Assembly (NCBI GenBank): GCA_965221125.1 | Contig: CBDCRW010000003.1 | Location: forward strand, 224,001 to 288,000 | Direction: 5' to 3' | Source: Alphaproteobacteria bacterium | GTDB taxonomy: Bacteria; Pseudomonadota; Alphaproteobacteria; UBA828 | Length of the DNA stretch: 64,000 nt | In this document: positions 29,389 to 40,000 of the stretch, piece by piece | Layout: the number at the start of each line of letters is the position of its first letter | Numbering within the stretch: position 1 is the stretch's first letter | Program-made: the position numbers and the translations under genes | Notes under the pieces: generated by a model | What the model saw: the letters and a program-made list of their open reading frames with translations, nothing else | Databases searched by the model: none | What the model was told of the DNA's origin: nothing

Positions 29389-31157
29389 ATGGCGCGGAAG
29401 GTGCTTCGCAGCCGAAGCTGGTTCGACGATCCGCTCGATCCCGGCATGACCGCGCTCTATATCGAGCGCTACATGAACTTCGGCCTGACCCGCGAAGAGC
29501 TTCAGTCCGGCAAGCCCATCGTCGGGATCGCGCAGACGGGCTCCGACCTCTCGCCCTGCAACCGCATCCACCAGAGCCTGGCGGAACGTATGTGTGCCGG
29601 CATCCGCGAGGCGGGCGGCATCCCGCTCGAATTTCCGGTTCACCCGATCCAGGAGACCGGCCGACGGCCGACCGCCGCCATCGACCGCAATCTCGCCTAT
29701 CTCGGCCTCGTGGAGATCCTGCACGGCTATCCGATCGACGGCGTCATCCTGACGACGGGCTGCGACAAGACCACGCCGGCGATGATCATGGCGGCGGCGA
29801 CGGCCAACCTTCCCGCCATCTCGCTCAACGGCGGCCCCATGCTGAACGGCTGGTGGGAGGGCCGCCGTACCGGGTCTGGCACCATCCTCTGGGAAGCCCG
29901 CCGCCTGCTCGCCGCCGGAAAATCACCAACGAGGAATTCATCGAGATGGTGGCCTCGTCGGCGCCGAGTGCGGGCCACTGCAACACCATGGGAACGGCGT
30001 CGACCATGAACTCGCTCGCCGAGGCGCTCGGCATGTCGCTGCCGGGTTCGGCCACGCCGCCGGCACCGAACAAGGAGCGCGCCCAGTACGCCTACGAGAC
30101 CGGCCGGAGAATCGTCGCCATGATCCACGAGGACCTCACGCCCGCGACGATCCTGACCCGCGCCGCCTTCGAGAACGCCATCGCCGTCAACAGCGCGATC
30201 GGCGGCTCCACCAACGCGCCCATCCACATCAATGCCATCGCGCGGCACATCGGCGTCGATCTCACGCTCGAGGACTGGCAGGCAGTGGGCTACGACCTGC
30301 CGCTGCTGGTCAACTGCCAACCGGCTGGCGACTACCTGGCGGAGGACTATCACCGCGCCGGCGGCGTGCCCGCCGTCATGGGAGAGCTTCTGCGTGCAGG
30401 CAGGCTGCACGGCGATGCTCTCACGGTGAACGGCAGCACGGTGGCGGAGAATGTTTCTCGCGCCGCGCCCTCCGACGAGGACGTCATCCGCCCGTTCGGC
30501 AGGCCGCTGAAGGAGCGGGCCGGGTTCGTGGTCATGGGCGGCAACCTCTTCGACGCCGCGATCATGAAGACGAGCGGGATCTCCGACAGCTTCCGCGCCC
30601 GCTTTCTCGAATCCGCCGACGACAGGGGCGCGTTCGAAGGGCGGGCCATCGTCTTCGACGGCCCGGAGGACTATCGAGCCCGCATCGACGAGCCTGCGCT
30701 CGAGATCGACGAGACCTGCATCCTGGTGATGCGCGGCGCCGGGCCCGTGGGCTATCCCGGATCGGCGGAAGTTGTGAACATGCAGCCGCCGGCGGCGCTC
30801 ATCCGCGCCGGCATCCAGGAGCTGCCGACCATCGGCGACGGCCGGCAGTCCGGCACCTCCGGCAGCCCCTCGATCCTGAATGCCAGCCCCGAAAGCGCCG
30901 TCGGCGGCAACCTCGCAATCCTGGAGACCGGCGACCGGCTCAGGGTCGACCTCCGCCGCCGGCGGGTGGACATCCTGCTGCCCGAGGCAGCCCTGGCGGC
31001 CCGCCGCGCCGCCCACACGCCCGCCCGGCTCGAACACCACACGCCGTGGGAGGAGCTTTATCGCGCTCACGTGGGGCAGCTTGCCGATGGCGGCTGCCTG
31101 GAATTCGCGACCCGCTACCGCTCCGTGACGGCGAAGCTGCCCCGGCACTCCCACTAG
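29389..31157 (+). pseudogene. IlvD/Edd-family sugar-acid dehydratase with a 1-bp frameshift near 29919-29922
   Basis: First frame LSPCN...GCDKTTPA...LLAAG continues in another frame as ITNEEF...[13 protein letters not shown]...DGRQSGT. One added A in GGAAAATC restores a single ORF. May be a sequencing error. Confidence 0.8.
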
Positions 31158-31382
31158 AGCGAAATCCGTTCGGACGGGATCGTACGCGGCTGCCGCACGT
31201 TTCGGCTTTTTCAATCAGAACGGCCGAAAACCCCCACCTCACCCCGGCCCTCTCCTCCCCCGAGGGGAGGAGAGGGAGAAGGGGCGGCACCGCATTCGTT
31301 CCCCCTCCTCCTGGGAGGAGGGGGACAGGGGGAGGTGGGAACGCTGGCCGCAGTGATCTCGTGAGGTAGAAAATCGCTCTAG
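31154..31382 (-). repeat. About 230-bp MITE-like palindromic repeat, CTAG at both ends
   Basis: ctagagcgaaatccg...gaaaatcgctctag; reverse complement aligns with 20109-20347; the left CTAG contains the dehydratase stop codon. Confidence 0.85.
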
Positions 31383-31413
31383 ATAGGAGCGCGACGCTGG
31401 TGAGAAAGGCCGG

Positions 31414-32208
31414 CTAAATCCGGGGCAGGTCGGCGCCGCCCGTCACGTTGAGATTGGCGCCGGTGATGAAGCTGCCGGCGTCCGAACACAGCAGCAGGGC
31501 GGCGCCCACGAGGTCCTCGGGCAGTCCCGCCCGGCCCATCGGGCTTGCGCGCTCGATCGTCGCCTGCCAGTCGGCCTCGGTGCGCCGCAGGAAGCGGTTA
31601 CGATCCGTGTCGATGAGGCCGGGGGAGAGGTTGTTGATGGTGACCCCCGTCTTCTCGTACTCGCGGCTCAGGTTCGCGACCAGGTTGTACTGGGCGCTCT
31701 TCAGCCCGGCATAGACCGCGAGTTCGATCATCGGGGCGGCCTGCTGCACGCTGCCGATGGTGAGCACGCGGCCCCAGCCGCGTTCCGCCATCGGGGGCAG
31801 CGCGCGCTGCAGGAGCTGAATCGGCATGCGGTAGTTCATCCGGCACTGGAGATCGATCTGCTCGGCCGTGACGTCACCGAAGGCGCAGGGGATCTGGATG
31901 TTGGCGTTGCTCACGAGGATATCGACGCGGCCCAGGGCCAAGACCGCCCGGTCGAACGCATCGACGACGGCGCCGTCGACCGACAGGTCGCCTTCGATGG
32001 CGCAGGCCTCGACCCCGTGGGACTTCGCCTCGGCGACCAGGTCGCTCGCCGCATCGGGAAAGCCGACCTCGGCATCGAATTCCGACGTGTGATTGATCGC
32101 CACGTCGGCGCCGTGCTCGGCCAGCGCCAATGCGATGGCGCGGCCGATGCCCCGGCTCGCGCCCGTGACGAATGCGGCTCGGCCCGAAACGTCAAATCGG
32201 TCGTTCAC
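31414..32208 (-). CDS. Short-chain dehydrogenase/reductase
   Basis: TGASRGIG, YAGLK (YxxxK) and NNLSPGLIDT motifs. Confidence 0.92.
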   Translation of the reverse strand: MNDRFDVSGRAAFVTGASRGIGRAIALALAEHGADVAINHTSEFDAEVGFPDAASDLVAEAKSHGVEACAIEGDLSVDGAVVDAFDRAVLALGRVDILVSNANIQIPCAFGDVTAEQIDLQCRMNYRMPIQLLQRALPPMAERGWGRVLTIGSVQQAAPMIELAVYAGLKSAQYNLVANLSREYEKTGVTINNLSPGLIDTDRNRFLRRTEADWQATIERASPMGRAGLPEDLVGAALLLCSDAGSFITGANLNVTGGADLPRI

Positions 32209-32365
32209 GCTCTCCTCCTCTCCGCAGAGCCCGGACAAGCGCCACTATGCCACACCGTCCGCGCCATGAAGCAACGGCCTGGCCGCACATCCGGCCCATC
32301 GGAGCGATGGTATACTGCCGCTGCCGCGAAGATTCGGTGCCGGGCTTCCATCGAGGGGGTCGAGG

Positions 32366-34144
32366 ATGCAATCGCTTGATCTCGCCATCATCGGGAACTG
32401 CACCTATGCGGGCCTGCTCGATTCGCGGGCACGCCTGGTGTGGGCGTGCATGCCCCGCTTCGACGGCAACCCGGTGTTCTGCGATCTGCTGCAGCCGATC
32501 GAGCCCGTCGGCTTCTACGAAGTCGAGCTCGACGGCTTCGCCACCAGCGAGCAGCGTTACCTGCCGAACACGGCGATCGTGGAGACGACGCTGCGCAGCA
32601 AGTCCGGCGATGCGCTCAAGGTCCAGGACTTCGCACCGCGCTTCAAGCGGCACGGCCGCCTCGCGCGCCCCTTGACCATGATACGGCGGCTGATCCCGCT
32701 TTCCGGCAACCCGCTTGTCCGGGTGAGGCTGCGACCGGCCGGGAACTACGGCGCCGAGCGGCCGACCGTCACGCGCGGCAGCAATCACCTGCGTTACGTC
32801 CTGCCGGACCACGTGCTGCGACTCACCACCAACGTGCCGGTTTCCTTCGTGCTGGAGGAGAAGGCGTTCCTGCTGAACCGCCCGTTCGACCTCATTCTCG
32901 GCCCCGACGACTCCATTGAGCGGGACATCGCGGAGCTTTGCCGCGAGTTCATCGAGAGGACGGAAGACTATTGGCGGGAATGGGTCCGTTACCTCGCGCT
33001 GCCCTTCGAATGGCAGAGCGAGGTGATCCGCGCGGCCATCACGCTGAAGCTGTGCGAGGTCGAAGAGACCGGCGCCATGGTGGCCGCCATCACCACGTCC
33101 ATCCCCGAGGCGAACGGGACCTCCCGCACCTGGGACTACCGCTTCTGCTGGCTGCGCGATTCCTATTTCGTCGTCCGCGCGTTCAATCGCCTGGGCATCA
33201 CCCGCACCATGGAGGAGTATCTCAACTACATCCTGAACATCGTCGCCGCGAGCGCCGACGGCACGCTCCAGCCGGTGTTCGGCATCAACATGGAGACCCA
33301 GCTCAAGGAGCGCGAGATCGCCACACTCCGGGGCTATCGCGAGCACCAGCCCGTGCGGGCCGGCAATCTGGCCTACGTCCAGACCCAGAACGACGTCTAC
33401 GGCAACGTCATCCTGGCCTGCGCACAGGTGTTCTTCGACGAGCGAATCGACCTGCAGGGAGACGAGAGCCTGTTCCGCGTGCTGGAGCGGGTCGGCGAAG
33501 CGGCGTTCCGGCTCTACGACAAGGAGGACGCGGGATTGTGGGAGCTTCGCGGCAGCGAGCGCGTCCACACCTTCTCGGTCCTCATGTGCTGGGCGGCCTG
33601 CGACCGTCTCGGGCTCATCGCGCGGCGCCTCGGACTCGAGGATCGCGCCCGGCTGTGGGAAGAGCGCGCCGAAACGATCCGGGAGTGCATCGAGCGCGAG
33701 GCCTGGAACGAGGAAAAGCAGAGCTATGTGAGCGCATTCGGAGGCAGCGAAATCGACGCGGCGCTGCTGCTCATGCACGAGATTTCCTATTGCAGCGCCT
33801 GGTATCCGCGTTTCAGCGGCACCGTGGCGGCGGTCGAGCGCGAGCTGCGGCGCGGCGATCACGTGTTTCGCTATGTCGAGACGGACGACTTCGGGGCGCC
33901 GGAGAATGCGTTCAACGTCTGCACGTTCTGGTACATCGATGCCATCGCGGCGCTGGGCAGGCGGGACGAGGCGCGGCGGCTGTTCGAAAACATGCTCGCC
34001 TCGTGCAACCCGATGGGCCTCCTGTCGGAAGACCTCGATCCGAAGACGGGAGAGTTGTGGGGGAACTTCCCGCAGACCTACAGCATGGTCGGGTTGATCA
34101 CCTCGGCGATCAAGCTCTCCCAGCCGTGGGAGGATGCCTTCTGA
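32366..34144 (+). CDS. Glycoside hydrolase family 15 (trehalase-like)
   Basis: TTSIPE, WDYRFCWLRDS, GLWELR, LLSE and GNFPQTYS motifs. Confidence 0.92.
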   Translation: MQSLDLAIIGNCTYAGLLDSRARLVWACMPRFDGNPVFCDLLQPIEPVGFYEVELDGFATSEQRYLPNTAIVETTLRSKSGDALKVQDFAPRFKRHGRLARPLTMIRRLIPLSGNPLVRVRLRPAGNYGAERPTVTRGSNHLRYVLPDHVLRLTTNVPVSFVLEEKAFLLNRPFDLILGPDDSIERDIAELCREFIERTEDYWREWVRYLALPFEWQSEVIRAAITLKLCEVEETGAMVAAITTSIPEANGTSRTWDYRFCWLRDSYFVVRAFNRLGITRTMEEYLNYILNIVAASADGTLQPVFGINMETQLKEREIATLRGYREHQPVRAGNLAYVQTQNDVYGNVILACAQVFFDERIDLQGDESLFRVLERVGEAAFRLYDKEDAGLWELRGSERVHTFSVLMCWAACDRLGLIARRLGLEDRARLWEERAETIRECIEREAWNEEKQSYVSAFGGSEIDAALLLMHEISYCSAWYPRFSGTVAAVERELRRGDHVFRYVETDDFGAPENAFNVCTFWYIDAIAALGRRDEARRLFENMLASCNPMGLLSEDLDPKTGELWGNFPQTYSMVGLITSAIKLSQPWEDAF

Positions 34145-34228
34145 TGGTATGAGTCCGGCGCTTGGCCCGCCGCGATTCCGTCGTCGGGCTACGCCGATGG
34201 AATCCGTTCGTCGGGTGACAGGGAACCC

Positions 34229-35611
34229 ATGACGAATCGCATTGTCATCGTCTCCAACCGGGTCGCGCCGGTCAACGAGGGCAAGACCGCTGCGGGCGGC
34301 CTGGCCGTCGCCGTGCTTGCGGCCTTGCGGCGCTCAGGCGGCGTCTGGTTCGGCTGGAGCGGCGAGGTGGTCGACGCGCCCGACGAGAGCGTGACCGTGA
34401 CCGAGAGCGGACAGCTTGCCCGCGCCACCGTCGATCTCAGCGAACGCGACCACGAGGAGTATTACAACCGCTTCGCCAACGCCACGCTCTGGCCGCTCTT
34501 TCACTACCGCGTCGATCTCGTCAACTTCGACCGCGTGAACTACGCCGGCTATCGGCGCGTCAACGCGGCGTTCGCCCGCCGGCTGGCCGGCCTGCTGCGG
34601 CCCGACGACCTGATCTGGGTCCACGACTACCACCTGATTCCGCTTGGCCAGGAGTTGCGCCGGCTCGGGGTACGGAACCGCCTGGGTCTGTTTCTGCACA
34701 CACCCCTGCCGCCGCGGGAACTGCTGGCGACGCTGCCGGTGCACAAGGCGCTCATGCGCTGCTTCTCCCACTTCGACCTTGTCGGCTTCCAGACCGAGAC
34801 GGACCGCGGCCACCTTCTCGACTATCTGGAGCGCGAGGCGGGAGCACGGGTGGAGGAGCGAGAGGGAGGCGCCGTCGTTCGCGCTTACCGCCGGGTTTTC
34901 AGGGTCGAGACCCATCCCATCGGTATCGACACCCGCTACGTCGAGCGCAACGCCGCGAAGGCCGAGAGCAGCCGGGAATACGAGCGCCTTCGCGTCAGCC
35001 TCGGGGGCCGCCGGCTGATCGTCGGCGTGGACCGGCTCGACTATTCGAAGGGACTGGTGCAGCGCTTCGACGCGTTCGCGCATTTCCTGCGGGCCCATCC
35101 CCGCCACCGCAACCGTGTCTCCCTGATGCAGGTGGCACCCCCCAGCCGCGGCGGCATCGCCGAGTATTCCGAGATCCGGCGAACGCTGGAGACCCTCGCC
35201 GGGCACGTGAACGGCGAGTTCGCGGAGGTCGACTGGGTGCCGATCCGCTACCTGAACAAGAGTTTTGGTCGACGTTCCCTGTTCGGCTTCCTGCGCCACG
35301 CGCAGGTCGGCCTGGTCACACCGCTCCGCGACGGCATGAACCTCGTCGCCATGGAGTATCTGGCGTCCCAGCGGCCGGACGATCCGGGGGTTCTCGTGCT
35401 TTCGCGCTTCGCCGGCGCGGCCGAATACCTGCCGGACGCGTTGATCGTGAATCCCTACGACGTGGAAGGTGTCGCCAAGACCATCCAGGCGGCGCTCACG
35501 ATGCCTCTAGAGGAGCGACAGGAACGCTGGCGGAGATCGATGCACGTTCTCCGCTCGAACAGCGTGGAGGCCTGGTACGAGCGGTTCGTCGCCCGGCTCT
35601 CCGAGGAATGA
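34229..35611 (+). CDS. otsA: Trehalose-6-phosphate synthase
   Basis: [25 protein letters not shown] and RDGMNLVA motifs. Confidence 0.95.
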   Translation: MTNRIVIVSNRVAPVNEGKTAAGGLAVAVLAALRRSGGVWFGWSGEVVDAPDESVTVTESGQLARATVDLSERDHEEYYNRFANATLWPLFHYRVDLVNFDRVNYAGYRRVNAAFARRLAGLLRPDDLIWVHDYHLIPLGQELRRLGVRNRLGLFLHTPLPPRELLATLPVHKALMRCFSHFDLVGFQTETDRGHLLDYLEREAGARVEEREGGAVVRAYRRVFRVETHPIGIDTRYVERNAAKAESSREYERLRVSLGGRRLIVGVDRLDYSKGLVQRFDAFAHFLRAHPRHRNRVSLMQVAPPSRGGIAEYSEIRRTLETLAGHVNGEFAEVDWVPIRYLNKSFGRRSLFGFLRHAQVGLVTPLRDGMNLVAMEYLASQRPDDPGVLVLSRFAGAAEYLPDALIVNPYDVEGVAKTIQAALTMPLEERQERWRRSMHVLRSNSVEAWYERFVARLSEE

Positions 35612-35618
35612 GCTGGGC

Positions 35619-36383
35619 TCAGGAGGGTACGCGCACGCCGCCGGCCACCCGCGCCAGCCAGTCCCGTAATTCTGCGACCGTACCGACCTGCACGGCCGCC
35701 CGCGTGGCCGCGCCTTCGCCAACGCGGATGCTCACGCCGCCCCGCGCGTTGACGACCGCGAATCCGTCTTCGTCGGTGACATCGTCGCCGCAGAACACCG
35801 GCGTCCGCCCGAGGAACGGCGCTTCGCCCATGAACGCGTCGATGGCCGTGCCCTTGGTGGGCCCGCGCGGTCTGATTTCGAACACGCCCTTGCCTTCGAC
35901 GACCTGCCAGCCCGGCGGGATGTCCTCAAGGGCGGCGTCCACGACATCCCTGCAGTCATCCTGCAGCGACGGGGCGAGGCGGTAGTGCAGGGCAAGAGTG
36001 TGCGTCTTGTCTTCGACGAGAACGCCCGGACGCTCCGCCGCGAACGCCTGCAGCAGCGCGCGGGCAGCGCGCAGGTTTTTCGGCGGCACGGGAGGACGCA
36101 CGATCCCGCCATCCACCGTGCGCCGTTCGAGCCCGTGCAACCCGGCGACGGCCGGGACGGCAGCGCCCAAGAACCCGTCGATCTGCTCGATGGGCCGGCC
36201 CGTGACGATCGCGACGGCGCCGCCCAACGCCGCGCGCGACGCGACCAGCAGCGGAGGCAGGCAGTCGGGCACGTCGACGGCCTCGGGCGTTGGCGCGATA
36301 TCGACGATGCAGCCGTCGAAGTCGAGAAACAGTGCCCAATCCAGGCACGGCTCGGGCAGTTTCCCGGCGTTCACGGCAGCCAC
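35619..36383 (-). CDS. otsB: Trehalose-6-phosphate phosphatase
   Basis: LFLDFDG, TGR, GLHGLE, KG and GDDVTDEDGF HAD motifs. Confidence 0.92.
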   Translation of the reverse strand: MAAVNAGKLPEPCLDWALFLDFDGCIVDIAPTPEAVDVPDCLPPLLVASRAALGGAVAIVTGRPIEQIDGFLGAAVPAVAGLHGLERRTVDGGIVRPPVPPKNLRAARALLQAFAAERPGVLVEDKTHTLALHYRLAPSLQDDCRDVVDAALEDIPPGWQVVEGKGVFEIRPRGPTKGTAIDAFMGEAPFLGRTPVFCGDDVTDEDGFAVVNARGGVSIRVGEGAATRAAVQVGTVAELRDWLARVAGGVRVPS

Positions 36384-36406
36384 TCACCCAGGGTCGCCCC
36401 ACGGCG

Positions 36407-36700
36407 TCATTCGACACCCTCGACCACCCGGAAGTCGCGCTCCACCGCTCCGTCGAGCTTCGCGGCCGCGGCCTGATAGGCGTCGCTCCGATAGGCAGCG
36501 AGCGCCTGCTCGAAGCTCGGGAATTCGACGACGACGGTGCGCCCGCCAATGCCATCGTCGAACGCCTCGACCCGGCCGCCGCGCGCCAGGAACGTGCCGC
36601 CGCTGGCCAGGATCGCAGGCCCTGCGGACTTGGCGTATTCCGCCAGCGCGTCCGGATCCTTGATCTCCCGGTAACAGCTTACCCAGTAACCCTTCGCCAT
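36407..36700 (-). CDS. DUF1330 family protein
   Basis: GGTFLARGG, VVVEFPS and YRSDAYQ motifs. Confidence 0.88.
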   Translation of the reverse strand: MAKGYWVSCYREIKDPDALAEYAKSAGPAILASGGTFLARGGRVEAFDDGIGGRTVVVEFPSFEQALAAYRSDAYQAAAAKLDGAVERDFRVVEGVE

Positions 36701-37075
36701 TGCGTCCTCCTTGAAGGCAATCGGTCCGACGCTCTCCAGGCCGTCGGCACATCGACAGCCTACATGCCCTGCCCCTCGAGCGCTCGTGCCCGCATTACGG
36801 CGAGCCGACTCATGCTTTCAGCGCTGCCCGCATTGCTTGAGGTGGCCTCGCCTTTCCGGGCTGCGTGGCGGCTGGCTCAGGGTCGACAGGCGCGACTCGT
36901 CGGGCGTCGGGTTCTCGGAGGGCGTGTCGGGCGGTCCGCGTTGCTGTGCCGGCGGCGGACGATCAGGCAAAATGATCCCACGCAAACTGCGGCCGCAGGG
37001 TGTATGTATGCCGCTTGCGACCTAATGCTTTCCTGAGATGGTTCGTACCGTCCTCCTGACCGAGGGAGAACCGCG

Positions 37076-40000
37076 ATGGCGGAACGAGACAAGCCGTGCG
37101 CTCGAGCCGACGACGCATGCCCTCCTGACGAGGGTCGCGCGCCGGAAGTCTCCGGGTCGAACGAGCCCGTGGCGATCGTCGGCATGGCCTGCCGCTTCCC
37201 CGGTGCGGACGACATCCACGCCTTCTGGCGCCTGCTCGAAGAGGGCGGCAACGCCGTGCAAGAGGGCGTGCTTGGCTCGGGCATCGGGCGCATCGGCGCG
37301 CTCTTCCCCGACGACACGGGGCAGATCCCGGCCTGCCGCTTCGGCGCCTACCTCGACGAGATCGACCAGTTCGACGCTGCCTTCTTCCGCATTTCGCCGG
37401 TCGAGGCGCGGCTGCTCGACCCGCAGCAGCGGCTGATCCTGGAGACGAGCTGGCGGGCGCTCGAAGACGCGGGCATCGATCCCGACCTGCTGAAGGAGAG
37501 CCGCACCGGCGTCTATGCGGGGATCAGCAACAACGACTACCGAGGGCTGATCCTGGAGGCGGGCGAGAACGCGGGGGCCGCCGAGCCCGCCGCCAGCCTC
37601 TATGCGGTCACGGGCACGTCCCTCAACACGGCCATCGGCCGGGTCGCGTTCGCGCTCGGCCTCGGCGGGCCGGCGATGGCGGTGGACACCGCCTGCTCGT
37701 CATCCCTGGTCGCGACGCACCAGGCGGTCTCGGGCCTGCAGCGGGGCGACGCGGACCTCGCGCTCGCCGGCGGGGTGAACATCATTCTCTCCGGCCGGCT
37801 TCTGGAGTTTCGCGCCAACGCGGGGATGCTGTCGCCGGACGGCCAGTGCAAGACCTTCGATGCCTCCGCCAACGGGTACGTGCGCGGCGAGGGCTGCGGG
37901 ATTCTGGTCCTGAAGCGGCTTGCCGAGGCGGAGGCCGACGGCGACCGTATCTGGGGGGTCATCCGGGGCACGGCGCTGAACCAGGACGGGGCGAGCCAGG
38001 GCCTCACGGTTCCCAACGGGGCGGCGCAGGAGCGCGTGATCCAGGCAGCGCTCGAGCGGGCCGGGGTCCAGCCATCGGATATCGACTATCTGGAGGCGCA
38101 CGGCACCGGCACCGAGGTGGGCGATCCCATCGAGATCAATGCGACCGCGGCGGTCTACGGGCGCGATCGGGACGCGGGCCGCCCGCTGCTGATCGGCTCC
38201 GTGAAAACCAACATCGGCCACCTGGAATCCGCGGCAGGCGTCGCGGGACTGGTCAAGACCGTGCTCGCGATGAACCGGGGGCTCATCCCGAGGCACCTGC
38301 ATTTCCGCACACCCAATCCGGAGATGGACTGGGAGCGGATGCCGTTGCAGGTGACGTCCGAGCCTGCGCCGTGGCCCGCCCGCGCAGACCGCCCGCCGCT
38401 GGCGGGTGTGAGCGGCTTCGGCTGGTCGGGTACGAACGCCCATGTCGTGCTGGAGGGGTACGGCGGGCCGAACGGCGCCGAGGGGGCCACGGGCGCCGCG
38501 CGGCCGGTCGCGGTCTCGCTGCCGGCGTCGGTCGCCGGGCAGGCGCAGGCGGAAGGCGGGCTCGCCCCACGCGGAACCCGCCTTCTGCCGCTCTCGGGCA
38601 GGACGGCGGACGCGCTTCGCGCACAGGCGGCGGGCTATCTCGAATGGCTCGGCGAGCGGAAGGCGGCCCTCGTGGCCGAGGGTGCGGCGTCCGATCCCCT
38701 GCTGTCCGACATGGCATGGTCGGCCGGCACCGGCCGGAGCCATTTCGGGCACCGCGCGGGCGTGGTGTTCCACGACGCGGGCTCCCTGCGCGACGGCCTG
38801 ACGACGCTTGCGGACGGAGAGGCCGAGATGGCTTCGGCGGCAGGTGCGCCCACCGGAGCGAAGGTGGCCTTCGCCTACACCGGGCAGGCCAGCCAGTGGC
38901 TCGGCATGGGCGCGGCGCTCTATGCGAGCGAGCCCGTGGTCCGCGCCGTGCTGGACCACTGCGATGCCGTGCTTGCGGAAGAGCGCGGCGGCGCCTCGCT
39001 GCTTGACGTGATGTTCGGCCGCGCCGGGGCGGCGGGCGACCTCGACGATCCGCAGTGGAAGCAGCCCGCGATCTATGCGCTGGAGTGCGCGCTCGCGGCG
39101 CTCTGGGAGAGCATCGGGATCAGGCCGGACGTGGTGATCGGCCACAGCCTGGGCGAGATCGCGGCCGCCCAGACGGCCGGCGTGTTCAGCCTGGAGGAAG
39201 GGCTGCGCTTCGCCGCAGCGCGGGGTGCGTTGCTCGGCGCGCTTCCCGGCGAGGGCGCGATGGCGGCGGTCTTCGCGCCGGCACCCCGCGTGGCCGAAGC
39301 CGTGGACGAGCTGAACGCCGCCTCCGCCGGGCCGGGTCTCAGCGTCGCGGCGGACAACGGCGCCCACCAGGTGGTGAGCGGCCCCAAGGCGGACGTGGAG
39401 GCGTTGCTCGCGCGCTTCGAGGCGGAGGAGATCCGCGTCGCGCGGCTGCGCAGGAGCCCGGCCTACCACAGCGCCATGATCGAGCCGGCACTGGGCGATC
39501 TCGAAGCCGCCATCTCGACGATCCGCTTCACGCCGCCGAGCCTCACCTTCGTCAGCAACCTGACCGGCCGGGCGCTGGAGCCGGGCGAGGCGCCGGATGC
39601 GGCCTATTGGCGCCGCCAGACGCGCGAGAAGGTGGCCTTCCGCGCCTGCATCGAGACGCTGGCGGAGCTCGGCGTCGATGCGGTCATCGAGATCGGCCCC
39701 CACGCCGTGCTGGGGCCGATGACGACCATGGCCTGGCCGGCGTCCGCCGGGGCGCCGCCGGCGGTGATGTCGAGCCTGATTCGGCCGGCGAAGGACGAAG
39801 AGCCGCCGGCACCGGGCTCAGGCGGCGGCTTCGTCGCGGCGGTGGCCGGCGCCTACGAAGCCGGGCTCCCGCTCCGTTACGACGGGCTCTTCGCCGGCGA
39901 GGCGCGGCGGCGCATCGCGCTGCCGGGCTATCCCTTCCAGCGCGAGCGCCACTGGGTCGAGGCGCCGAAGCGGCGGCGGCAGGCGAGCGACCACCCGTTG

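Noticed and set aside
28506-31157. 883-aa ORF as one protein
   Set aside because: Its 5' half is an off-frame overlap of the permease and the dehydratase N-terminus; only the part after about 29920 is real coding.
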